Assembly (NCBI RefSeq): GCF_004010195.1
Contig: NC_057717.1
Location: 103,775,658-103,809,245 of the forward strand
Length of the DNA stretch: 33,588 nucleotides
Direction of reading: 5' to 3'
DNA from: Chiloscyllium plagiosum
Lineage: Eukaryota
Shown here: positions 19,925 through 33,588 of the stretch, piece by piece
Layout: each line of letters begins with the position of its first letter
Numbering within the stretch: position 1 is the stretch's first letter
Translations under genes and position numbers: made by a program
The notes under the pieces: generated by a model
What the model was told of the DNA's origin: nothing
Database searches by the model: none
Seen by the model: the letters and a program-made list of their open reading frames with translations, nothing else

Positions 19925-22900
19925 AACATAACACTGACCCAGAGACAACCCAGACATAAACACTGACCGAGAGATAAACCTGGACCCAGAGATAAAGACA
20001 GACCCAGAGATAAACACTGACTGAGAGATAAACACTGAACCAGAGATAAACACTGACACAGAGATAAACACTGACACAGAGATAAACACTGACACAGAGA
20101 TACACACTGACCTTGATATAAACACTGACACAGAGATAAACACTGACACAGAGATAAACACTGACACAGAGATAAACACTGACACAGAGATAAACACTGA
20201 CACAGAGATAAACACTGACACAGAGATAAACACTGACACAGAGATAAACACTGACACAGAGATAAACACTGACACAGAGATAAACACTGACACAGAGATA
20301 AACACTGACACAGAGATAAACACTGACACAGAGATAAACACTGACACAGAGATAAACACTGACACAGAGATAAACACTGACACAGAGATAAACACTGACA
20401 CAGAGATAAACACTGACACAGAGATAAACACTGACACAGAGATAAACACTGACACAGAGATAAACACTGACACAGAGATAAACACTGACACAGAGATACA
20501 CACTGACCTTGATATAAACACTGACACAGAGATAAACACTGAGAGATAAACACAGACCCAGAGATAAACACTGACTCAGAGATAAACACTGACCCACAGA
20601 TAAACACTAACACAGAGATAAACACTGACCCGGAAATAAATACTGACTGAGAGATAAACATTGACTCAGAGATAAACACTGACTCAGAGATACACACTGA
20701 TCCAGAGATAAACACTGAGAGATAAACACAGACCCAGAGATAAACACTGACTCAGAGATAAACACTGACCCACAGATAAACACTAACACAGAGATAAACA
20801 CTGACCCGGAAATAAATACTGACTGAGAGATAAACATTGACTCAGAGATAAACACTGACTCAGAGATACACACTGACCCAGAGATAAACACTGACCCAGA
20901 GATAAACACTGACACAGAGATACACACTGACACNNNNNNNNNNNNNNNNNNNNNNNNNNNNNNNNNNNNNNNNNNNNNNNNNNNNNNNNNNNNNNNNNNN
21001 NNNNNNNNNNNNNGAGATAAACACTGACCCAGAGATAAACACTGACACAGAGATAGACATTGACACAGAAATAAACACTGACATAGAGATAATCATTGAC
21101 ACAGAGATAAACACAGACCCAAAGATAACCACTGACCCAGAGATAAACACTGACCCAGAGATAAACACTGACACAGACTTAAACACTCACCCAGAGATAA
21201 ACACTGACCCAGAGATAAACACGGACACAGAGATACACACTGAGCCAGAGATAAACACTGGCACAGAGATACACACTGATCCGGAGACAAACAATGGCTG
21301 GGAGATAAACACTGACCCAGAGATAAACACTGACACAGAGATAAACATTGACTCAGAGATAAACACTGACTCAGACATAAACACTAACACAGAGATAAAC
21401 ACTGACCCAGAGATAAGCACTGACACAGAGATAAACACTGACCCAGAGATAAATACTAACACAGAGATAAACACTGACCCAGAGATAAACACTGACTGAG
21501 AGATAAACTCTGACCCAGAGATACACACTGACCCAGAGATAAACACTGACACAGGGATACACACTGACACAGAGATAAACACTGACACAGAGAAAAACAC
21601 TGACACAGAGAAAAACACTGAAACAGAGATACACACTGACACAGAGATAAACACTGACACAGAGATAAACACTGACTGAGAGATAAACACTGACCCAGAG
21701 ATAAACACTGACACAGAGATAAACACTGACACAGAGAAAAACACAGACACAGAGATACACACTGACACAGAGATACACACTGACACAGAGATAAACACTG
21801 ACACAGAGATACACACTGACCCAGAGATAAACACTGACATTGAGATAAACACTGATGCAGAGATACACACTGACAAGGAGATAAACACTGACACAGAGAT
21901 AAACACTGACCCAGAGATACACACTGATTCAGAGATAAACACTGAGAGATAAACACTGACACAGAGATAAACACTGACACTGAGATAAACGCTGACACAG
22001 AGATAAACACTGACCCAGAGATACACACTGACACAAAGATACACACTGACCCTGAGATAAACACCGACTCAGAGATAAACACTGACACAGAGATACACAC
22101 TGACACAGAGATAAACACTGACACAGAGATAAACACTGACCCAGATTTAAACATTGATCCAGATGTAAACACTGACCCAGAGATAACACTTGCGTAAGAT
22201 AAACACTGACACAGAGATAAACATTGACACAGAAATAAAACTGATCGGGAGAGAAACACAGATCCAGATAAATACTGACCCAGAGATAAACACTGACCCA
22301 GAGATAAACACTAATACAGAGATAAACACTGACCCAGAGATAAACACTGACTGAGAGGTAAACACTGACCCAGAGATAAACACTAACACAGAGATAAACA
22401 CTGACCCAGAGCTATACAATGAACCAATGATAAACACTGACCCTGAGGTAAACACTGATCCAGAGATAAATACTGACTCAGAGATAAACACTGACCCAGA
22501 AATAAACACTGACCGAGAGATAAACACTGATCTGGTGATAAACACAGACCAAGATATAAACACTGACATAGAACATAGAACATAGAACAATACAGCGCAG
22601 TACAGGCCCTTCGGCCCTCGATGTTGCGCCACTCCAAGCCCACCTAACCTACACTAGCCCACTATCCTCCATATGCCTATCCAATGCCCGCTTAAATGCC
22701 CATAATGAGGGAGAGTCCACCACTGCTACTGGCAGGGCATTCCATGGACTCACGACTCGCTGAGTGAAGAACCTACCCCTAACATCTGTCCTATACCTAA
22801 CCCCCTTAATTTAAAGCTATGCCCCCTTGTAATAGCTGACTCCATACGTGGAAAAAGATTCACACTGTCGANNNNNNNNNNNNNNNNNNNNNNNNNNNNN

Positions 22901-25900
22901 NNNNNNNNNNNNNNNNNNNNNNNNNNNNNNNNNNNNNNNNNNNNNNNNNNNNNNNNNNNNNNNNNNNNNNNNNNNNNNNNNNNNNNNNNNNNNNNNNNNN
23001 NNNNNNNNNNNNNNNNNNNNNNNNNNNNNNNNNNNNNNNNNNNNNNNNNNNNNNNNNNNNNNNNNNNNNNNNNNNNNNNNNNNNNNNNNNNNNNNNNNNN
23101 NNNNNNNNNNNNNNNNNNNNNNNNNNNNNNNNNNNNNNNNNNNNNNNNNNNNNNNNNNNNNNNNNNNNNNNNNNNNNNNNNNNNNNNNNNNNNNNNNNNN
23201 NNNNNNNNNNNNNNNNNNNNNNNNNNNNNNNNNACACTGACACAGAGATAAACACTGACACAGCGATAAACACTGGCTCAGAGATAAACACTGACCCATA
23301 CATAAACACTGACACAGATTTAAACACTGACCCAGAGATAAACACTGACACAGAGATAAACACTGACTCAGAGATAAACACTGACCCATAGATAAATATT
23401 GACACAGAGATATACACTGACCCAGAGATAAACACTGACTGAGAGATAAACACAGGCTCCGAGATAAACACTGACACAGAGATATACACTGACACAGAGA
23501 TAAACACTGACACAGAGATAAACACTGACTCAGAGATAAACACTGACCCATACATAAACACTGACACAGATTTAAACACTGACCCAGAGATAAACACTGA
23601 TCTTGGGTGAAACACAGACCCAGAGATTGACAATGAACCAGAGATTAACACTGACTGAGAGATAAACACTGATCTGGTGATAAACACAGACAAAGTTATA
23701 AAAACTGAGTCAGAGATAAACACTGACCCTGAGATAAACACTGACCCAAACTTAAACACTGACACAGAGGTAAACACTGACTCACAGATACACACTGACC
23801 CGGAGATAAACACTGGCTGGGAGATAAACGTTGACACAGAGATAAACACAGACCCAGAGATACACACTGAGCCAGAGATAAACACTGGCACAGAGATACA
23901 CACCGACCTGGAGATAAACACTGGCTGGGAGATAAACACTGACACAGAGATAAACACAGACCCAGAGATAAACACAGACCCAGAGATAAACACTGGCTGG
24001 GAGATAAACACTGACACAGAGATAAACACAGACCCAGAGATAAACACTGACCCAGAGATAAACACTGACACAGAGATAAACACTGACTCAGAGATAAACA
24101 CTGAGAGATACACACTGACCCAGAGATAAACACTGACTCAGAGATAAACGCTGACCCAGAGATAAACACTAACACAGAGATACACACTGACACAGAGATA
24201 AACACTGACCCAGAGATAAACACTGACTCAGAGATACACACTGACACAGAGATACACACTGACACAGAGATACACACTGACTCAGAGATAAACACTGACT
24301 GAGAGATAAACACAGGCTCAGAGATAAACACTGACCCAGAGATAAACACTGATTGAGAGATACACACTGACACAGAGATAAACACTAACACAGAGATACA
24401 CACTGACCCAGATATAAACACTGACACTGAGATAAACACTGACCCAGAGATAAACACTGACTCAGAGATAAACACTGACCCAGAGATAAACTCTAACACA
24501 GAGATAAACACTGGCCAGAGATAAACACTGACCCAGAGATAGACACTGACTCAGAGATAAACACTGAGAGATAAACACTGACCCAGAGATAAACACTGAC
24601 TCAGAGATAAACACTNNNNNNNNNNNNNNNNNNNNNNNNNNNNNNNNNNAGAGATAAACACTGACACAGAGATAAACACTGACTCAGAGATAAACACAGG
24701 CTCCGAGATAAACACTGACCCAGAGATAAATATTGACACAGAGATACACACTGACACAGAGATACACACTGACTCAGAGATACACACAGACCCAGAGATA
24801 AACACTGATTGAGAGATAAACACTGATCCAGAGATACACACTGACCCAGAGATAAACACTGACACAGAGATACACACTGACACAGAGATACACACTGACT
24901 CAGAGATACACACAGACCCAGAGATAAACACTAACACTGAGATAAACACAGACCCAGAGATAAACACTGACTCAGAGATAAACACTGACTCAGAGATATA
25001 CACTGACACAGAGATAAACACTGACACAGAGATAAACACTGACTCAGAGATATACACTGACCTAGAGATAAACACTAACACTGAGATAAACACTGACCCA
25101 GATATAAACACTGACTCAGAGATAAACACTGACTCAGAGGTACACACTGACACAGAGATAAACACTGACACAGAGATAAACACTGACCCAGAGGTACACA
25201 CTGACCCAGAGCTAAACACTGACCCCGAGATAAACACTAACACAGAGATAAACAATGACCCAGAGCTTTAAAATGAACCAAAGATAAACACTGACCCAGA
25301 GATAAACATTGACCCAGAGATAAATACTGACCCAGAGGCAACCCAGAGATAAATATTGACACAGAGATACACACTGACCCAGAGATAAACACTGACCCAG
25401 AGATAAACACTGACCCTGAGACAAACACTGACCCAGAGATAAACACTGACCCAGAGATAAACACTGACACTGAGATAAACACTGATCCAGAAATACACAC
25501 TGATCTGAAGATAAACACTGACGCAGAGATACACACTGACCCCAAGATAAACACTGACACAGAGATAAACACTGACCTAGAGATACACACTGACACAGAG
25601 GTAAATACACAGAGGTAAATACAGACCCGGAGATAAACACTGGCCGGGAGATAAACACTGACTCAGAGATAAACACAGACCCAGAGATACACACTGACAC
25701 AGAGATGAACACAGACCAGGAGATAAACACTGGCACAGAGATAAACACAGGCCCGGGAGATAAACACTGACCCGGAGATAAACACTGACACAGAAATAAA
25801 CACTGACCCAGAGATACACACTGACCCAGAGATAAACACTGATACAGAGATAAACACTGACACAGAGATACACACTGACCTTGATATAAACACTGACACA

Positions 25901-28596
25901 GAGATAAACACTGACACAGAGATACACACTGACCCAGAGATAAACACTGACACAGAGATAAACACAGACACAATGATAAACACTGACACAGAGATAAACA
26001 ATGAACCAGAGATTAACACTGACTGAGAGATATACACTGACCTGGTGTCAAACACCAACAAAGTTATAAACACTGACCCAGAGATAAACACTGACCCAGA
26101 CCTAAACACTGACCCAGAGGTAAACACTGACACAGAAATACACACTGACTCAGAGATAAACACTGGCTGGGAGATAAACACTGACACAAAGATAAACATT
26201 GACACAGCGATAAACACAGACTCAGAGATAAACACAGACACAGAGATAAACACTGACACAGAGATAAACACTGGCACAGAGATAAATACAGACCCAGAGA
26301 TAAACACTGACACAGTGATAAACACTGACCCAGAGATACACACTTACCCAGAGATAAACACAGATCCAGAGATAAACACTGACACTGAGATAAACACTGA
26401 TCCAGAAATACACACTGATCTGAAGATAAACACTGATGCAGAGATACACACTGACCCCAAGATAAACACTGACACAGAGATAAACACTGGTCCAGAGATA
26501 AACACTGACACAGAGGTAAACACACAGAGGTAAATACAGACCCGGAGATAAACACTGGCTGGGAGATAAACACTGACACAGAGATAAACACTGACACAGA
26601 TATACACACTGACACAGAGATAAACACTGACCCGGAGATAAATACTGGCACAGAGATAAATACAGGCCCGGAGATAAACACTGACCCGGAGATAAACACT
26701 GACACAGAGATAAACACTGACCCAGAGATACACACTGACCCTGAGCTAAACACTGACCCGGAGATAAACACTGACACAGAGATACACACTGACCCAGATA
26801 TAAACACGGACACAGAGATAAACACTGACACAGAGATACACACTGACCCTGAGATAAACACTGACTCAGAGATAAACACAGACGCAATGATAAACACTGA
26901 CCCAGAGATAAACACTGACCCAGAGATACACACTGACACAGAGATACACACTGACACAGAGATACACACTGACCCTGAGATAGACACTGACCCAGAGATA
27001 AACCCTGACCCAGAGTTAAACACTGACCGAGAGATAAACACTGATCTGGTGATAAACACAGACCAAGAGATAAACCCTGACCCAGTGTTAAACACTGACC
27101 GAGAGATAACACTGGCCGTAAGATAAACACTGACACAGACATAAACATTGACACAGAGATAAACACTGACCTAGAGATATACATTGACACAGAGATAAAC
27201 ACTGACCCAGAGATAAACTCCAGATCAGTGTTTATCTCTGTGTCAGTGTGTATCTCTGTGTCAGTGTTTATCTCTGGGTCAGTGTTTAATACTGACCCAG
27301 AGATACACACTGACACAGAGATAAATACTGACCCAGAGATACACACTGAGACAGAGACATACCCTGACCCAGAGATACACACTGACACAGAGATAAACAC
27401 TGACCCGGAGATAAACACTGACCCTGAGACAAACACTGACCCAGAGATAAACACTGACACAGAGATACACACTGACACAGAGATAAACACTGATCTGGAG
27501 TAAAACACTGACAAAGTTATAAACACTGACTCAGAGATAAACACTGACCCAGACATAAACACTGACCCAGAGGTAAACACTGACACAGAAATACACACTG
27601 ACTCAGAGATAAACACTGGCTGGGAGATAAACACTGACCAAGAGATAAACACTGACACAGAGATAAATACAGACCCAGAGATAAACACTGACAAAGTGAT
27701 AAACACTGACACAGAGATAAATATAGACCCAGAGATAAACACTGACACAGTGATAAACATTGACTCAGAGATAAACACTGACCCAGAGATAAACACGGAC
27801 ACAGAGAAAAACACTGACCCAGAGATAAACACTGACCCAGAGATACACACTGACACAGAGATAAACACTGACACAGAGATAAACACTGACACAGAGATAA
27901 ATACAGACCCAGAGATAAACACTGACACAGTGATAAACATTGACTCAGAGATAAACACTGACCCAGAGATAAACACTGACCCAGAGATACACACTGACTC
28001 AGAGATAAACACTGACTCAGAGATACACACTGACTCAGAGTTAACACTGACACAGAGATACACACTGACCTTGATATAAACACTGACTCAGAGATAAACA
28101 CTGGCTGGGAGATAAACACTGACCAAGAGATAAACACTGACACAGAGATAAATACAGACCCAGAGATAAACACTGACACAGTGATAAACACTGACACAGA
28201 GATAAACACTGACACAGAGATAAATACAGACCCAGAGATAAACACTGACACAGTGATAAACATTGACTCAGAGATAAACACTGACCCAGAGATAAACACT
28301 GACACAGAGAAAAACACTGACCCAGAGATAAACACTGACCCAGAGATACACACTGACTCAGAGATAAACACTGACACAGAGATACACACTGACACAGAGA
28401 TAAACACTGACACAGAGATACACACTGACTCTGAGATAAACACTGACCTAGAGATAAACACTAACACAGAGATAAACACTGACCCAGGGATAAACACTGA
28501 CTCAGAGATAAACACTGACTCAGAAATACACACTGACCCAGAGATAAACACTGACTCAGAGATAAACACAGACCCAGAGATAAACACTGACTGAGA
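19925..28596. repeat. 18-bp tandem satellite (consensus GAGATAAACACTGACACA/CCA/TCA), ~8.7 kb including gaps
   Basis: Hundreds of tandem units; homogeneous block ~20116-20495; N gaps at 20934-21013, 22872-23233 and 24616-24649. Confidence 0.97.
22568..22871 (-). mobile_element. CR1 LINE 3' end inserted in the satellite (runs into an assembly gap)
   Basis: (catagaa)3 tail followed by tacagcgcagtacaggcccttcggccctcgatgttgcgcc...ggcagggcattccat; CpG-rich. Confidence 0.85.
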
Positions 28597-29649
28597 GGTA
28601 GTTGGAAGATGAGATGAATTGGTCAGGTGAGTTGTATGGCCCATTTGAAAACAGCGATACATAGGCAAGTGTCCAGTTGTCCTTGCAATGAAGTGTTCAG
28701 CTGTGTACCCTGAGAAGCACTAGATTGTATTTGCTCTCCCACTAGATATTCAGTGACGGGTAACCCTGACCTTCAATACTGACTCGGTGCATGGCTGCAG
28801 TTCAAAGATGGCGCTGGTGCCAGGGATCCTGGGAGATTCTGGTGGTGGGTGGGACTACAGGATAAGCTTGCTGCTGTGGTGGTGTGGCACAATTGGGACA
28901 GTAGTGTGTGAAAACTCACTAGGCCATGAAGAGAGAAACCTTCCATGAAACAAAATGGCACTTAGCCATCCTCAGGTTGGTTTCAGTCCAATCATTTGCC
29001 CTTTCCATCCTTCAGTTGTGCTGCTTTAAAGGACAATTTGAGTTCAGGCCCATGGTTGTCTCGTTAACCTCACTCCTGATCTCTTTGCCCTCACTCTTTG
29101 GGGACTCTGCATGACCTTTGAGCTGGGTTTAGGGATTTCATCTGCTTCTCATTTGTTAAACGAGAATTTGTCATCATTGGAAGCCAGTCAAATCTCGTTC
29201 CAACATTCACTCAGCTCCAAATTCCATGGGGCATTGAAATTCATTGATGAGTCAAAGGCATTGGGCAGGGTGTCCACCAGATCAGGGTTAACACAGCCAG
29301 GGGTAAGGCGTCTGATGACAACATTGTCTGCAATCACATTGACGCACAGTGAATGGGAGAGGGTCCCATTCCCGTAGGACTGTTGTCATGCACACCTCCA
29401 GTGTGTTTACACTGACTGAGGTGGGAAGATCCAACCCAGGTGGGTAGACTTTGTTAGGCAAGGGCATTAAAGTGGAGCTATGATTCAGAACAGCCATGAT
29501 CCAAAGAAAGGATGGAACAGACTCAAAGGGGTTAATAGACTCTTATTGTTCCTTTACTATTCCCTAACTTCAGGGGAAAAAAAAAGCCCCGCTGTATAAT
29601 CGCCTCAATCCTTCCACTCAGAATATTGAACATGTGCAATGTGGATAAT

Positions 29650-30024
29650 CATAGAATCCCTACAGTGTGGAAGCAGGCCATTCAGCCCATCAACTCCATA
29701 CAGACCCACCAAAGAGCATCACACCCAGCCACCTACCCCACCTCCCACATCTGTAACCTTACCTTCCCCATAGCTAGTCCACCTCGACGGCAAATCCCTT
29801 GTCACTACGGAGCAATTTAGTGTGGCCAATCCACCTAAATTGCATAACCTTTGGAGTGTAAGACAAAAGCAAGGATGAAACCAGAGCCCCTTTGATGAAA
29901 CCCCACACAGACACGGGGAGAATGTGCAAACTCCACACACAGACAGTCGCCTGAGGCTGGAATCGAACCTGGGTCTGTGGTGCTGTGAGGCAGCAGTGCT
30001 AACCACTGAGCCTTCATGCTATCC
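29650..30024 (-). mobile_element. HE1-like V-SINE (diverged)
   Basis: tRNA head ggctcagtggttagcactgctgcc..ggttcgattcc on minus, V-domain, tail gggattctatg. Confidence 0.88.
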
Positions 30025-30779
30025 CTAAAAGGAAGAGAGGAACAGTATTGGAGAAAGAAGATAATTTGATGGGGAGAGAGTTCCAACATTAGATGCTGAA
30101 CTTTAACATGAATCTGGTCATGTGTGAGGGACATGGAATAATATTCCCAGATGTAGGACAGGAATTCCTCTCAAGACTTACCTGTTATTGGATCTTCTGG
30201 GATCCATTAAAATTTCAGACCATGACCAAAGACATAAACAGACTTTGAGCCTTTTGTTTTGACAACTATCTGGTAGCGTCAAGACCAATATAGTTTTTTG
30301 ATCAGCCGAATGTACAGAGGAAACTTTGCAGAGTCAAACATTAACTGTACAATCATCATCATTTATTAACAGTTTGAGATGTCCCTCATGATGCCAAACA
30401 GAGTTTCCGACAACCCCACAGCCAGAATGGTGAGGGAGACATGGATAGTTTCTGCTTGTTCTTCCTCATGAGATGGTGGTCACACACCGCTACCTCAGCA
30501 AATAGCGGCTCATGGCGTGGGTAACTTTCCCAAAGCAGTGTCTCACATCGACACACTATACCAACCTCTGGTGAAGAACCCTTCCTAATTGTCTGAAGCA
30601 AGAGAATGAGTGATGCTCGACCAGCTGAGTAATTGGGGACTTTTGCGCCAAGTGTGAAAATCAAACTTATCTACATCTGCTCTCGAGTGGCTCCTATACC
30701 TGGAGCCCTGAACAAACCTCAGTTTGGTACGCGCTCCCGGTGAGACTATATCTCTCCCTTCCTCCAATGACCTGCTGTT

Positions 30780-31260
30780 GAAACCCTTTGACACAACCTT
30801 TAATACCTCTCACCTTGAATATTGCAATGGCTGGTCTTCCAACCTCTGTGAATGTAAGCCTACCTGAAACTTAGCAAACCCCATCTCCCATTGCGTCAAT
30901 CCCACGTAGTCCATGAACGTCGATCTGCACTGGCTCTCAGCCCAATTATGCCTTAATTTTGATGCCTCCTTCTGGTCTTTAAATCCCTCCATGACCTTCA
31001 TCCTTCCTGCCCCGAAACCTTCTGCAGATCCACAGAACTCTTGCACAATGCAGATTCACCCCCCTCCAACCCTCTGGCCTCCTGCATCAGCAGCTGTGCC
31101 TTCAGACTCTGAGACCTGGATCTACCTTCACTCCCCCACCCCCATAATAACTTCATCGAACAGTAATCAAAGGGCTGAATGGTCTAATCTTGTTTCAGCG
31201 TTCTCTTCTCCACCTCTCTCCGTCTCGAAGATTCTCATTAAAAGTTAACCGCTTTTGGCC
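30780..31260 (+). mobile_element. Degenerate L2 LINE 3' fragment
   Basis: HLEYCN/AGLP ... DLHWL remnants of the L2 ORF2 C-terminus (LDYCNSLL..GLP..LHWLP). Confidence 0.55.
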
Positions 31261-31789
31261 TCTGTGATCTACGTACATGACAATTTCTCTCTGATAATGC
31301 TCTTGCAAACTTCCTTGGAATATTTTGCGACATTAGGGATGCCACATAGATGAAAATTAGTGCTGCCGTGCTGTAACCAAGAATAAGACTGTATATCGTA
31401 TAAACCAGGATTGGAAACTGATCCTTAAAATATATTATAAGATGAACAAGTGAACCAGATGGGTCTTTCTGACAATCAGCAATGGATCCCTAGTCATCAT
31501 TTGGCTCTTAATTCTACATTGACATCGCATTTACTTGCTAGAACAGCGCAGACAAACACAGAATCTTCCATTTCACGATCAAGCTCTGAAGCATTCGATT
31601 CTGCTGGTATTTTACCACATGAAGCTCACACTTTTATACAAACGTACAGAAATGTTACATTGTGCTGTTTACAAAATGTTCCCTTTGATACCAAAATGTC
31701 ACCCCCTCCGCAGGCAGAATCTCCCCAGCACGTCGTTCGATCTCTGTGATGTACAGCTAAATGTCACTGAGTCAATATATCCCGAGCTA

Positions 31790-31915
31790 ATGTACCCACA
31801 CTACGTGGAGTGCAGCGGGTTCAGAAAGGCAGCACATTGCCACTTCCTCCAGGAAAATCAGCGTTGGGCAAGAAACACTGTTCTACACAAACACATCCCA
31901 AGAACAAAAAAAAAT
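31790..31915 (+). mobile_element. L2/Crack-like 3' tail fragment with A-rich end
   Basis: gcagcgggttcagaaaggcagcacattgccacttcctccagg...cacatcccaagaacaaaaaaaa. Confidence 0.5.
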
Positions 31916-32216
31916 ATTATTTTTTTCTAAAAGGATTTCATTTTGGAGCAAGATGTAATGCACACATGAGAGACCTGGTGGAGTTTTTGCTTCGACTTGT
32001 GCCCAGCAGGGGAGTAACTGGATAAAGCAGAGTGACTTTGTTCTTTATAACCGAGCTCTGGAAGTATGCGGGAAATACAGGGGAGAGCTTAAGATGCAAA
32101 GCCATACTCTAAAAATGGAAACAATCGCTTCAATGGGACTCAATGGTTCCAATGTTGTAAGTTCCTTTAATGTGACCTTCTGGCTAGACTGATGGGGTAA
32201 GATAAAGTGGGATTTC

Positions 32217-32520
32217 TTTTCATTCAGTCACAAGATGAGGGTGTCGCTAGTTGGGCCCAGCATTTATTGCCCATCCCTAATTACCCAGGAGGCAGTTAAG
32301 AGTCAATCACTTTGCTGTGGGTCTGGAGTCACATGGAGGCCCAACCAGGTAAGGATGGCAGTTTCCTTCCCTAACGGACATTAGTGAACCAGGTGGGTTT
32401 TTCCAGCAATCGACAATGGATTCATGGTCATCATTAGATCCTTAATTCCAGATTTTTATTGAATTCAAATTCCGTCATCAGCTGTGTCCGGATTTGAACC
32501 TGGGTCCCCAGAACATTACC
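32217..32520 (-). mobile_element. SINE with L2/Crack-like tail
   Basis: Homologous to 11060-11345 and 12945-13280; B-box-like ggttcaaatcc on minus. Confidence 0.75.
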
Positions 32521-33402
32521 TCATGAGAAGGCTTATTTGGAACAAGATGGGCCAAATGGCCTGTTTCTGTGTGGTACACTCCATATCATTTCACGGCTGG
32601 GTTGAGTCAATAACCTGCCATCTCTGTGCCCTCCACCCTATCCTTGTCTTGCGATTCATGATGGGGTTGACAATAATGTCAACATTCGCAATGATGTTGA
32701 GTGGGTGCCAGTAACCATATCTGTTACACTTCAGGCCCAATCCTCACTGGTACCAAGAAGATGAACAGCAACGTCCAAAAGTTACTCCAGTGCAGGAATG
32801 GAGGGAGGAGGATGACCAAAATAAGTGCCCATTTCCCAGCTCGTGCTGATCTGCAGGGGGGGCTAGAGGGAGGAGAAACACAACTCTAAAAGGGCCAGTG
32901 GCGACTCCTAGCAACTGTCGATCTCCACCTGGCCGTTCTCCACAACCTGGACCTCGCCGGGGGCAGGAGGTGTCTTGGGGTTGGCCGGGGGTGCAGGATT
33001 CGGTTCGGATGGAGCCTTGGGCGTGGAGCTGGACGGGACGACGTGGTTGGAGTTTGTTGGTTGGTGACTGTCCCTCAGCCCCTTGATGGAGAGCAGCAAT
33101 TCCTTATGGTCTTCCTGCAGCGCAGTGAGACGACTTTCCTGTGGTCAAACATCGAGAGACAGCAGTTAAAGGCAGGGATGGCAAGGCCATCATTAAACCG
33201 CACAAAGTGAGCCGAGTAATGGAGCCATATTTAGGGCTGAATCTACGTTTAGAATGCCCATCCTGATTTCCCTAACATCTTCTGCCCTCTTTTCAAACCA
33301 GGCTTTGTAAGTAGATTGACATTGCATGGCTTGCCGGGATAACCAGTCTTATAGATTGGGAGCCCACAATGACACAGAGCAGAAGGACAACATACAATCC
33401 AG

Positions 33403-33588
33403 CAATAGACAATAGACAATAGGTGCAGGAGTAGGCCATTCTGCCCTTCGAGCCTGCACCACCATTCAATATGATCATGGCTGATCATCCTTAATCAGTA
33501 TCCTGTTCCTGCCTTATCTCCATAACCCTTGATTCCACTATCCTTGAGAGCTCTATCCAACTCTTTCTTAAATGAATCCAGAGACTGG
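33403..33588 (-). mobile_element. CR1 LINE 3' end, runs off the right edge
   Basis: (aatagac)n tail followed by ggtgcaggagtaggccattctgcccttcgagcctgcaccaccattcaatatgatcatggctgatc. Confidence 0.85.

Noticed and set aside
19925..28596. CRISPR-like array
   Set aside because: Head-to-tail tandem units with no unique spacers, no cas genes, vertebrate context
19786..28668. Long ORFs (up to 613 aa; ISVSVF/CQCLSL/TEINTD repeats)
   Set aside because: Read-through of the 18-bp satellite in several frames on both strands; no coding signature
28600..29450. Possible exon or retroelement remnant after the satellite
   Set aside because: No recognisable protein motif or consistent splice-bounded open frame found by eye

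Overview
Eukaryotic, repeat-dominated DNA from a cartilaginous fish, probably a shark. The species assignment rests on HE1-like V-SINEs, CR1/HER1 LINE tails, a Deu-domain SINE and Penelope-type palindromes. None of the long ORFs in the track is a real CDS: they are retroelement remnants or tandem-repeat read-throughs. Reading the minus strand for splice signals suggests a hidden multi-exon gene with phase-1 junctions. Its candidate exons are a cytoplasmic exon with two YxN motifs (17052-17254), a transmembrane exon (8391-8504), a 75-nt stalk exon (5832-5906) and a probable neck exon starting at 3414. The architecture fits a type II membrane receptor, most likely C-type-lectin-like, whose ectodomain would lie left of the window. 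Its introns hold nested retroelements: a CR1 5' end with a zinc-finger/esterase ORF1, a solo LTR with a 4-bp TSD, Rex1, and hammerhead-like Penelope palindromes. They also hold a 24-bp minisatellite. About 2.7 kb upstream is an ~8.7-kb 18-bp satellite built of GATA/forkhead motifs, with three assembly gaps, an exact 71-bp internal inversion and a CR1 insertion. All family assignments are from motif recognition; no database search was run.
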